DNA of 49,771 nt, from positions 1-49,771 of the IMG/VR virus record IMGVR_UViG_3300047554_000377. One strand, given 5' to 3'. The position numbers and the translations under genes were made by a program. Numbering within the stretch: the stretch's first letter is position 1; each line of letters starts with the position of its first letter. The notes beneath the pieces were generated by a model. The model ran no database searches. It was not told the origin of the DNA and saw only the letters and a list, made by a program, of their open reading frames with translations. This document shows, piece by piece, positions 39,320-48,626 of the stretch. This DNA comes from a virus (taxonomy: Duplodnaviria > Caudoviricetes).

Positions 39320-42300
39320 ATGGCAAAAAAGAAGATAGACAATTACGTTTTTATACCAGGCATTTCAGCTAGCGATAATCTGCTACCCAATGCCTATGAC
39401 TTATTAAACAGAAACGTAGAATTTATTAAAGCAGAAGCAAATGCATTTATCACAAATAGGATTATAGCAGACTCTGCTTTAACATACTATCCCAATGCTG
39501 TTGCATCATTAACTGCTAACAAAGAATTTTTAAAAGAAGAATTATCAGCTTGGATTGAAGACCAAGTAAGAAATAACGTAGAACCATTTGTCGATATACA
39601 GCCAACTGATTATAATTCAGTTAAGTGTAAGAGAGACATTGGATATTTTATCCAGGGATCTGCATATGACGTAGCTCTTGGAACAAACTATAATGCGGTA
39701 TTTTTAGGCATTGCAGAATCTAATTCTGCAGACCTAACGTCTACAGTATTTGATACTATATCTGCTACAAAAACAGAAGTTGCCGCAATTACAGAAGTTG
39801 TCGCAAATGCCACAGCAGTATCAAGGTCTAATGCATTTTATGACGAAGTCTTAAACATTGCACAAAACGGTAGAGAAGTTGCTAGTGCGATCACATTTAC
39901 AAATCCAACATCAGGACGATCAGCAAGCCAGATTGCCGCAAAAGATCAATTAATGGCTAACATTAATTTCATTACAGCTGAGATTAATGCGTGGGTCAAT
40001 GTAAACTACCCAGATCACAATCACAATGTGGCAAAGTGTACTCGAGATGTTAAGTATGCTGTAGAATCTTTTGCCTACGATATTTTATACGGCGGCAACT
40101 CAGCAACCTACTATAATGCTAAATTTTTCTATTACAGCGGTGCGGCACAGATCACAGAAGCACACCAAGAACAAACAGTGGCCGCATATGGCAGATTAAA
40201 GACCATCGTTGAACAAATTGTTCAAGGACAAACAGTAACAAAATCTTCAGGAAATACTGCTACTCAATCAACTAGTGGTGCAGTAGCTAACTCGTCAGAC
40301 GCGGCCACAGTAGCGGCTCTTTGTCAAGTTATTTCAGACGTGGTTGAATTTGGAACAACCTCTCTTCCTGGAACTCAAACTTACCCAGATATAGCATGGG
40401 GTCTTGCTGACGAGGGTGCGGCAATCTTAGCTGCCAGCACAGATATTATCGACACTGTGGTAGCAGTTGACACATATATTGCTACTAAGTGTAAGAGAGA
40501 CGTTGGTTATATTATTGATGCTTACTTAACCGATTTGAGTTATGGCGGAAATACTGAAACTGCAAGAATACTACATTACTACTGGTTAGGTGGTCAGCCA
40601 CAAGTAGACGGAACAAGATTACCAGAAGCTGCCGCTCACGCACAGCTACGAGATATGATCACTGATTATATCTTTACAAATACTGCTTATCCTTCACTAC
40701 AATCAGCACAATCTCAAAACACAGGGCTCGCTGCCGCTGAATCGGGTGCAGGAGCAAGAATTGATACTCTTTCACAGACTGTTATCGATGTTATCGTAGA
40801 CGGACTTGATGAGCTACCAACACCGCAATATGGTGCTGTGTTCAGAGACTACACATATGATACTTCAAAGTGTTCGAGAGATATCGGATATGTACTGTCT
40901 GCTTACTTGAATGATCTACGATATGGTGGCAATGTTAAGACTAGATACATTTCTAGTTTCTACTGGATCGGACAGACTCCTCAGGTAGACGGAGATAGAA
41001 CACCCGAAGCTGTCGTACATGAATGGATTAGAGATCTCTTAAAGAATTATATTTGGAACAACACACTTTATCCGTCGGAGCAAACATCAGTTGATCAAGT
41101 TATTGACCTTACTGTTACCGCTGAAAGTGGTGCGGACACAAGAATTGATACACTAACTGAACAGTTAACCGCAGTTATCGTTAACGGCCCAGATTACCTT
41201 CCAGTACTTGAAAATGGATGCAGTCAGGTTAAGGTTCAAGGATATTGGGCACCGAGCGATCTATTGCTAGTAACCAACAGTCAAACTAACGAAATCATTT
41301 ACAACTTTAGCGATGCTTCATTGCGAGGCAGCTTTACTTACTACAGAAGAGAAGATCATATCATGGATCACAGAGATCCGGATTTCCCTTCTTATCTAGC
41401 AACTGCTGATGCTATTACTACAATACAATTATTCGCTGACACTACTAATATGTCAGCGTCTGATAGCCTACAGATATTTGTAGAAGTTCCAGAATTAGCA
41501 GTAAGGCCTTACGACTTTGGTACAGATGCCATTGAACGTATGCGTGTAGCATACCCTCAGAGTATGCTTGACGCTGACTTTGAGTACGGCCTGCAACCAA
41601 CTAAGTGGGCCGCTATTGGTCTTCAGAGAGGTTATCCAGGTGTATATGAAATTCCTGGAACTGATCTTCAAGTGTTTAGCGTTTCTACTGATGCTAGTAC
41701 CGGAACTGCTGGTATTGGTGCTTCTTTAATTACAGTAACCACTGTCGGATCACATGGACTCGAAGCTGGCGATCCAATAACTGTTAAAGCACTAGGTAAT
41801 TCTGTAAGCGGTTTTGCTCGTGCTGAAGGTTCATTTATTGTTAATACTGTAGTATCAAGTAACCAGTTCACTTACTATGCTCAGAGTAAAGTTGGTAGAA
41901 ACAGCGGTGACACTCTTGCAACAACCTATACACAGATTCGATATGGTGGATTTTATACTGGTGCGGCAATTGGACGTCCAGTATTTTCAGTCTATTCAGA
42001 AGGTAACGGCGGAACTATTACATCAAAATGGATTACTCCTGAAGGTAGCGATCTAATCGCATTTACAGGAACAGCACCAGAATTAGGCTCTCCTATTGTG
42101 AGTTCGGGAGTAGTTAGTGGTACACAGGTAGCAGCCGTATATGGTACTGGTGGTTCTGTAACTACAAAACAGGTAACACAGAATTCGTTAACCGGCGAAA
42201 CTACCTTAACTTTAGAAAACGTATCTGGTGTTGAAGAAGGTATGGCTGTCGAAGACGGCGCCGGAACAGCTCTGTTCATTACAAATATTGTTGGAACTAC

Positions 42301-45300
42301 ACTGAGCTTATCTGGTTCACTATCCGAAGATATTTTAGGTGACGTCAATACCTTTACCAACGTTGCTGGTTCTAATGATGTGTCCGACGGCGCTGGTGCT
42401 ACATTCGATGTAGTATTGGCTTCTGGTTCTTATTCATCTGTTACATTAAATCTAGCAGGCGATGGATATAATGTTGGAGACTATGTTAAAATTCCAGGTG
42501 ACAATCTAGGAGGCGCTAGCCCAGATAACGATATTATTGTTAGACCAACAGAAGTTGACACCAGCGGATCTATTTTAGATTTTACATATTCAGGCAGCGG
42601 AGCTACTGGAAACGCAGAATATACAGGATTATCTCCCGACGCTACTGGTGGCTCATCCGGCGGAACGTTTAACAATCTAAGCCCGGATTCAAGCTCCGGT
42701 ACAGGTCTCGGTGCGATATTTGACATAACAAGAGTAGCTGGATCTTACTCTGCTACTGCGGACACCGGAGGCGGTGATTATGCAGTTAATGAACAATTAA
42801 CATTCTTAGGAACCAACCTAGGGGGAACAACACCAGCTAATGATTGTACAATCACTGTTAATTCTGTACAACAAAGTTATACTAATTTAAGCCAAGGCAG
42901 CACCACAGGCAGTGGTACAGGCGGAACATTTAATGTTACAAGAGTTGGTACTTCTTACACTGCGGCTACTGTTAATAGTCCAGGATCTAATTATTCGGCG
43001 GGTGACGATGTTGTGATTCCGGGAACGTTACTAGGCGGTGCTACCACAGCCAACGATCTTACTCTAAATGTAGAAGCAGTATCGCAAAGCTATCCGACTG
43101 TAATACCAGATTCTACTTCGGGTGTCGGCACCGGCGCAACATTTACAATTTCTAGATCCGGAACTAGTTATTTTTCTCTAATAGTATCTGCAGGTACTGG
43201 TTATACACCAGGAGATACAATTACAATCTTAGGAACACAGCTCGGCGGCGCTGCCCCAGCTAATAACTGTACTCTAACAGTTGGTACTGTCGGCGGAACA
43301 GGCAACATTCTTACATTATCAAACACCTCGGGAACTGCTACTGGTACTGGTTCAATTGACTCTGTATCGATTGTGTCAGGAACTGCTACTGGTACTGGTG
43401 AGATAGTTACATTTACAGTGAGCGGCACATCATCAGATCAAAGTTTAGGAACTGGTGCAGTGTTTACCGTAGAAAAGAATCTAGGAGTGTATTCTGCTAC
43501 TGCAACTACCGCAGGTTCTGGATATAGCGTAAACGATACTATTAGAATTTACGGTAATAGACTAGGCGGATTAATCACTGTTAACGACTGCGTACTAACA
43601 GTATCTACTATTGACGGCTCTGGAGGTATCTTAACAGTATCGGCAGCAGGAACTGGAACAACACCAGATGCTACATTTACTAATATTATTTCGTTCTATC
43701 AGCAACCAGTAGGAACAGGAGCAAGATTCTCTATTACTAGATCAGGAGGATCGTATAGTGTAACAACTACTACCGCAGGATCTGGATATAGAATCGGTGA
43801 GAGGATCAACGTTGATGGTTCTGATCTCGACGGTGAGGACATTACTAACGACGCAGTTATAACAATTTCAACTGTTGATGGCAGCGGAGGAGTGACTGAT
43901 GCTAGCATCTCTGGCGCGGCAGTAGAAGGAACTGATGTACAAATTTGGTCTTCAATTGGTTTATCAGAAACCACTACAGACGACATACCAGATGCGCAAA
44001 ATATTGTAGTAGGTACAATTTCTACTATGGAAGTTGAATTCACTACTCCACACGGTCTAGTTCCTGGAGCAAACATTCTAGTTGATATTTCATCTTCTGG
44101 AACTAACCATGTGTTAGCTGAAGGACCGTTCATCGTCGACCAAGTTCCAACGATAAACAAAATTAGATATACTGCTAGAACATCCGGAACTATCGATGAC
44201 AGCGTTGAAATCTCAGGAGCAATCTATCCAAGACCGGATACATATTTTATCCATAGACCGTATGACGGTGGAGTACAGTTAGGTACCGGTGGTCCGCAAC
44301 ACGGCGCACAGGCAGTTCGTCAGAGTAAAAAATACATTCGTTATCAATCTGGTAAGGGCATTATGTATACCACTGGTGCTCTATTTGCACCAAGCTACGA
44401 CTTACAAAGTTTAGAAGCAGACGGAGTTGAACCCGGTTCATTCATAACAGTGACCACAGACGATGTGGATCATGGTCTGCAAGTCGGCGGTGTAGTAAGG
44501 ATCATTGGTGTAGTAACATCCGGTTACAATGGTGATTATACAGTAGCAGACATAGTTAACGAACGTGTGTTTAGGATACAGGCTAATACCGCTCTATCAA
44601 ACACCACAGCCGTACTAGGATCGCAGAGTCAGGTTTCTATTCTAAATTGGCACGGTGCTACTGTTAGAGCAGGAGCGTTCGACGATCAAAACGGATTGTA
44701 CTGGCAATACGACGGTCATTATGTAGCTGTTGGTCGTAGAAGTGCAACTTTCCAACTAGCTGGTGTTGTTAGCGTTAACGCTGATTCCAATACAGTCACT
44801 GGAACTAATACACGATTCCGTGATCAAGTACAAGCAGGTGATCGTATTGTTATTCGTGGCATGACCCACGTTGTACAAAACGTTATCAGCGATACATTAA
44901 TGTATATCAATCCAGACTATCGCGGAGTTAGAAATGCGGTACAGGCTAAACTATGTAAGATACAAGATCAATTGTTTAGACAAGATGAATGGAACAGAGA
45001 CAGACTAGACGGAACTGGTCCAAGCGGATACAATATTGACATTACTAAGATGCAGATGATCGGTATTCAGTATTCATGGTACGGTGCTGGATTTATTGAT
45101 TTTATGTTACGTGGTGCTGACGGTAACTTTGTATTTGCACATAGAATTCGTAACTCAAACGTTAATACAGAAGCGTTCATGCGTACTGGTAACATGCCTG
45201 TTCGATATGAAGTTATCAACGAATCTGCTAGAAGCTACCTATCACGCGGTATTGACTCACAGCAATTGATTCTTCCTCTAGCAGACACAACATTTTTCCC

Positions 45301-46630
45301 AGAGGATGGCGGCATCGTCTATGTCGACAACGAATTAATTTCGTTTACTGGAAAGACTAGAGAGTATCTCACAGGCTGTAACCGAGCAGTTCCGATGAGT
45401 GCCTTCCAATCTGGAGCTCAAAGAACGTTTACCGCAGGTGAAGCCGCAACACACGACGAAGGTACGGGAGTTATTCTAGTAAGTAACACTATCAGTCCGA
45501 TTATTAGTCACTGGGGTAGTGCGTTCTTAACAGACGGCGGATTTGATTCAGATCGCGGATACATCTTTAACTATGCATCAACTGGAATCTCAGTAACAAC
45601 TACTAAGAAAACAGCTTTCCTAATTCGTCTAGCACCTAGCGTATCTAATGCCATTGTTGGTGACTTAGGCGATAGAGAGTTGTTGAATCGTGCGCAGTTA
45701 TTATTGAATGGTATTGAAATTACTTCAGATACGGGCACAGGTGGTATGGTTGTTGAAGGAGTATTGAATCCTCAAAACTATCCAACAAACCCAAGTGATA
45801 TTGCCTGGGGAGGCCTAAGCGGTCTAGGACAAGGTGGCCAACCTAGTTTTGCACAGATCGCCCCGGGTGGATCTGTAAGCTGGTCTAGCGGTACAACACA
45901 GACTACAGCTTCAGCGCAGACACAAGGTGCAATGGCTTCAACTATTACAACTCAATACTCGAGCGGTAATAGAACAAACTATGCTTATATTACTACAACA
46001 TCGTGGACTAACAGCAGTGCGTTTGTTGGTGTTACTGTTAATGATTCTAAATATCCAGCAGGTACTACAATCACTCAAGCTATCAACTACGGTAGTTATT
46101 ATCTAATATACTTTAGCCAACCTTCAAACACAAACGTCAACGCCGGTGTCAACATCGTTCTAAGTCTGGGCGGTACACTAGTTAATACTAACTATTTGTA
46201 CTTCCAAAAAACAAGTTTTGAAAGCATTTCTGTAGCACTAGGTACTGAAGTTAGCGATCCAACTAAGTTCCCGGCAGGTACTAAGGTAACCAGCATCAGC
46301 GGGCCAGACACATTTGGTGCAACGCAGTATTATCGTGTTAACTTTAACCAAAACTCGATCGCATCAATTGCAGGCAACACAAATATTACATTCTTGTTTG
46401 GTCAACCGCCATACGCACTACCGGGCGAAACAGTATTCTCGTTTATTGCAAACCCAGGCGAACGTGCTGAATTAACGCTAGAAGCATTAAAAGAGTTAAC
46501 CAACACCCCGCTAGGCGGACGCGGTACGTATCCAAACGGTCCAGACGTCTTAGCTATCAACGTGTATAAGGTAACCGGAAGTGCGATTAACGCGAATATT
46601 ATTCTGCGTTGGGGTGAAGCGCAGGCTTAA
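39320..46630 (+). CDS. Giant modular virion protein (2436 aa): four CxRD helical repeats, three HGL modules, six Gly/Thr beta modules
   Basis: KCKRDIGY, KCTRDVKY, KCKRDVGY, KCSRDIGY; DADFEYGLQPTKW; SHGLEAGD/PHGLVPG/DHGLQVG; RQSKKYIRYQSGKG; IQYSWYGAG; C-terminal LRWGEAQA. Confidence 0.75.
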   Translation: MAKKKIDNYVFIPGISASDNLLPNAYDLLNRNVEFIKAEANAFITNRIIADSALTYYPNAVASLTANKEFLKEELSAWIEDQVRNNVEPFVDIQPTDYNSVKCKRDIGYFIQGSAYDVALGTNYNAVFLGIAESNSADLTSTVFDTISATKTEVAAITEVVANATAVSRSNAFYDEVLNIAQNGREVASAITFTNPTSGRSASQIAAKDQLMANINFITAEINAWVNVNYPDHNHNVAKCTRDVKYAVESFAYDILYGGNSATYYNAKFFYYSGAAQITEAHQEQTVAAYGRLKTIVEQIVQGQTVTKSSGNTATQSTSGAVANSSDAATVAALCQVISDVVEFGTTSLPGTQTYPDIAWGLADEGAAILAASTDIIDTVVAVDTYIATKCKRDVGYIIDAYLTDLSYGGNTETARILHYYWLGGQPQVDGTRLPEAAAHAQLRDMITDYIFTNTAYPSLQSAQSQNTGLAAAESGAGARIDTLSQTVIDVIVDGLDELPTPQYGAVFRDYTYDTSKCSRDIGYVLSAYLNDLRYGGNVKTRYISSFYWIGQTPQVDGDRTPEAVVHEWIRDLLKNYIWNNTLYPSEQTSVDQVIDLTVTAESGADTRIDTLTEQLTAVIVNGPDYLPVLENGCSQVKVQGYWAPSDLLLVTNSQTNEIIYNFSDASLRGSFTYYRREDHIMDHRDPDFPSYLATADAITTIQLFADTTNMSASDSLQIFVEVPELAVRPYDFGTDAIERMRVAYPQSMLDADFEYGLQPTKWAAIGLQRGYPGVYEIPGTDLQVFSVSTDASTGTAGIGASLITVTTVGSHGLEAGDPITVKALGNSVSGFARAEGSFIVNTVVSSNQFTYYAQSKVGRNSGDTLATTYTQIRYGGFYTGAAIGRPVFSVYSEGNGGTITSKWITPEGSDLIAFTGTAPELGSPIVSSGVVSGTQVAAVYGTGGSVTTKQVTQNSLTGETTLTLENVSGVEEGMAVEDGAGTALFITNIVGTTLSLSGSLSEDILGDVNTFTNVAGSNDVSDGAGATFDVVLASGSYSSVTLNLAGDGYNVGDYVKIPGDNLGGASPDNDIIVRPTEVDTSGSILDFTYSGSGATGNAEYTGLSPDATGGSSGGTFNNLSPDSSSGTGLGAIFDITRVAGSYSATADTGGGDYAVNEQLTFLGTNLGGTTPANDCTITVNSVQQSYTNLSQGSTTGSGTGGTFNVTRVGTSYTAATVNSPGSNYSAGDDVVIPGTLLGGATTANDLTLNVEAVSQSYPTVIPDSTSGVGTGATFTISRSGTSYFSLIVSAGTGYTPGDTITILGTQLGGAAPANNCTLTVGTVGGTGNILTLSNTSGTATGTGSIDSVSIVSGTATGTGEIVTFTVSGTSSDQSLGTGAVFTVEKNLGVYSATATTAGSGYSVNDTIRIYGNRLGGLITVNDCVLTVSTIDGSGGILTVSAAGTGTTPDATFTNIISFYQQPVGTGARFSITRSGGSYSVTTTTAGSGYRIGERINVDGSDLDGEDITNDAVITISTVDGSGGVTDASISGAAVEGTDVQIWSSIGLSETTTDDIPDAQNIVVGTISTMEVEFTTPHGLVPGANILVDISSSGTNHVLAEGPFIVDQVPTINKIRYTARTSGTIDDSVEISGAIYPRPDTYFIHRPYDGGVQLGTGGPQHGAQAVRQSKKYIRYQSGKGIMYTTGALFAPSYDLQSLEADGVEPGSFITVTTDDVDHGLQVGGVVRIIGVVTSGYNGDYTVADIVNERVFRIQANTALSNTTAVLGSQSQVSILNWHGATVRAGAFDDQNGLYWQYDGHYVAVGRRSATFQLAGVVSVNADSNTVTGTNTRFRDQVQAGDRIVIRGMTHVVQNVISDTLMYINPDYRGVRNAVQAKLCKIQDQLFRQDEWNRDRLDGTGPSGYNIDITKMQMIGIQYSWYGAGFIDFMLRGADGNFVFAHRIRNSNVNTEAFMRTGNMPVRYEVINESARSYLSRGIDSQQLILPLADTTFFPEDGGIVYVDNELISFTGKTREYLTGCNRAVPMSAFQSGAQRTFTAGEAATHDEGTGVILVSNTISPIISHWGSAFLTDGGFDSDRGYIFNYASTGISVTTTKKTAFLIRLAPSVSNAIVGDLGDRELLNRAQLLLNGIEITSDTGTGGMVVEGVLNPQNYPTNPSDIAWGGLSGLGQGGQPSFAQIAPGGSVSWSSGTTQTTASAQTQGAMASTITTQYSSGNRTNYAYITTTSWTNSSAFVGVTVNDSKYPAGTTITQAINYGSYYLIYFSQPSNTNVNAGVNIVLSLGGTLVNTNYLYFQKTSFESISVALGTEVSDPTKFPAGTKVTSISGPDTFGATQYYRVNFNQNSIASIAGNTNITFLFGQPPYALPGETVFSFIANPGERAELTLEALKELTNTPLGGRGTYPNGPDVLAINVYKVTGSAINANIILRWGEAQA
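43331..43399 (+). repeat. 21-bp direct repeat (ggaactgctactggtactggt x2, 48-bp period)
   Basis: Copies at 43331-43351 and 43379-43399, each encoding GTATGTG. Confidence 0.8.
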
Positions 46631-47067
46631 AGACTATCGATAATATCGATAATAGTTTGGATCTTAGTTTGTATAATTCGATTACGCAGGCTAAGATCCA
46701 ATCCCTTATGTACGGGTTTAGGAAGATTGTTAAGATCAAACCATCCCCAGGCGATGTGCTCATCGCTGAGTGTAGGAACAAATTCTGATTCAACTATACA
46801 AAAGTATGTGTGAAAATTAAAGAGACTGTCGTTAGATACAAATTTTTCTAACGGAATCGTTTTTTTGATATTAGGAACAAGGCCAAGTTCTTCTTGTATT
46901 TCTCTTTGAAGCCCTTGCCATGCAGATTCCCCAATATTATTAGTACCACCAACTAAGCCCCAGCGTGTTGCATGTCGACCGTCTTTTTTCTGTAGAAGTA
47001 AAAATCGTTTGGTATTTTTAGCACAGATTAATGCGCCACTACAGTCAATTAAAGTTCCAATCTCCAT
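46627..47067 (-). CDS. Nudix hydrolase
   Basis: Nudix box GTNNIGESAWQGLQREIQEELGL; LSDEHIAWGWF. Confidence 0.9.
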   Translation of the reverse strand: MEIGTLIDCSGALICAKNTKRFLLLQKKDGRHATRWGLVGGTNNIGESAWQGLQREIQEELGLVPNIKKTIPLEKFVSNDSLFNFHTYFCIVESEFVPTLSDEHIAWGWFDLNNLPKPVHKGLDLSLRNRIIQTKIQTIIDIIDSL

Positions 47068-48626
47068 TCGCCTCGCCTATAATCTCCGTCAAAGGACTTA
47101 ACCCAACTCACTCCATTCCACTTATATTGAACTAGAGTATAGATGTTTGTCTGATAAACAATAACATCGTCATGTTCTTGCGCCGAAAATACTACATGCC
47201 AAGTATCGCCATCCCACTCGATGATATCGTTAGCTTCTGCTATAAAGTCACTACCGTTGCTATTTTTCCAAGCATCTGGGCCGTCTTCGTTAAAGTTAAG
47301 TATATATGTTACAACACTGCCAGCAGAAATAATTTCGTCAGCTACGATATAAAAATTTCCGTTCCTGTTGGCTGAATTTGCACTAACCTCTGCATCGTCA
47401 ACGAGTAATTTGAATTCATTAACTTTATCAAATGCTACACCTGTGTTGATAGTTTGAATCCTGCTAGTAGTAGTAAACGTATCTCTTACGCCGCCGCCAA
47501 TGCCTTCAATGATAAGATATCTAGTACCTATTTCTAAATTGCTGGGACCGGTTGTAGTTGGATCAATGATTGCGTCAAAGGATCCCCACGAGTTTGAATC
47601 TCTAGCTGGACCTTCGATTGATGTATTTGATGGATATGTGTCTTCATCCCAATTAACAGACAAGAATGTGCCATCTAATGGATTTAAACTGATGTATCCA
47701 ACGATCTCTGATCCGTCACTTTGTAGTAGATAAATTTTGCTGAGCCCTGCTTGGTAGGTTCCGGGGCTTTGATCAAGGATCATAGTCCAAGCTAGATAAC
47801 TTCCTGGATCTGTATTGCTTACTAGTCTAATACTACCTTCAGTAACAACAATGTCAAAATTACCAATGGTAGTTTTTTGATTAAGGATAGGATTGCTAGG
47901 ATATGCTTGACCGCCCATAATGTCGGTGCCTAGCCCGTCAATGTAACCGGTTTCTGGAGATCCAACTGTGCTAAAGACCCCAGCAATGATGTTAGTAACA
48001 ACACCGAGTTTCTTAACCTTAGCTGGAGGTGTGATCCATATAGGTGTTTCTAAACTTAAACTAGCAACGTCAATGCTGATGTTAGTACCTACTGGGATCG
48101 ATCTTGAACTAAATGTTACATCACCTAGTTCAACAACACTTAAACTGGTCCAGTCAACAAAATTGTCTGTAGTCTGTATTTCTAAACTTGGATTAAACAA
48201 TACTAAAATTTGTTCTAATATCTGTAATTTTTGTTCTGTGCTAGTACTCCATATATCAACCTTAAGAGTTAATTTGTAGGGAGTAGGCATCAACCGTTCA
48301 ACAGTATAGTTTTGTCCTTGTTGACTAGTATATGAACCGTCTTCGATAGATCTTTCTCTAATATGTACTTTTCCTACGTGAGTAGCATCACCTAGTCTAG
48401 TTCTATCAAGATCTAAATCAGTAACATAAACTGCGATCCTTGGAGCAGAGTTTAGATTGTTTTCAGAACCTTGATTGATTAAATGTGCAGCCTGGCGATC
48501 AATGTCGCCGTACATTACTGGAACTCGTTGGAGAGTGCCGTCGCCGTGTTTGACTACAAAGTTAGACATTAAACGAATAACTTGTATAATATATCTTCTT
48601 ATTTGACCGTCGTAGAAAAACTGCAT
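47049..48626 (-). CDS. Tail terminator/sheath stabiliser (T4 gp15-like) with C-terminal extension
   Basis: FFYDGQIRRY, VPVMYG, MPTPYKL...VDIW, QILEQILVLFNPSL; adjacent to the neck-like gene. Confidence 0.65.
   Translation of the reverse strand: MQFFYDGQIRRYIIQVIRLMSNFVVKHGDGTLQRVPVMYGDIDRQAAHLINQGSENNLNSAPRIAVYVTDLDLDRTRLGDATHVGKVHIRERSIEDGSYTSQQGQNYTVERLMPTPYKLTLKVDIWSTSTEQKLQILEQILVLFNPSLEIQTTDNFVDWTSLSVVELGDVTFSSRSIPVGTNISIDVASLSLETPIWITPPAKVKKLGVVTNIIAGVFSTVGSPETGYIDGLGTDIMGGQAYPSNPILNQKTTIGNFDIVVTEGSIRLVSNTDPGSYLAWTMILDQSPGTYQAGLSKIYLLQSDGSEIVGYISLNPLDGTFLSVNWDEDTYPSNTSIEGPARDSNSWGSFDAIIDPTTTGPSNLEIGTRYLIIEGIGGGVRDTFTTTSRIQTINTGVAFDKVNEFKLLVDDAEVSANSANRNGNFYIVADEIISAGSVVTYILNFNEDGPDAWKNSNGSDFIAEANDIIEWDGDTWHVVFSAQEHDDVIVYQTNIYTLVQYKWNGVSWVKSFDGDYRRGEWRLEL

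Noticed and set aside
41668-44160. Several minus-strand ORFs inside the 2436-aa gene, and similar short ORFs inside other large genes
   Set aside because: Antisense shadows caused by codon bias; fully overlapped by a well-supported CDS
7238-46630. Recurrent D-S-(S/T) tripeptides as possible O-glycosylation sequons
   Set aside because: The proteins are rich in D, S and T, so the count seen by eye is not clearly above chance; needs a formal enrichment test
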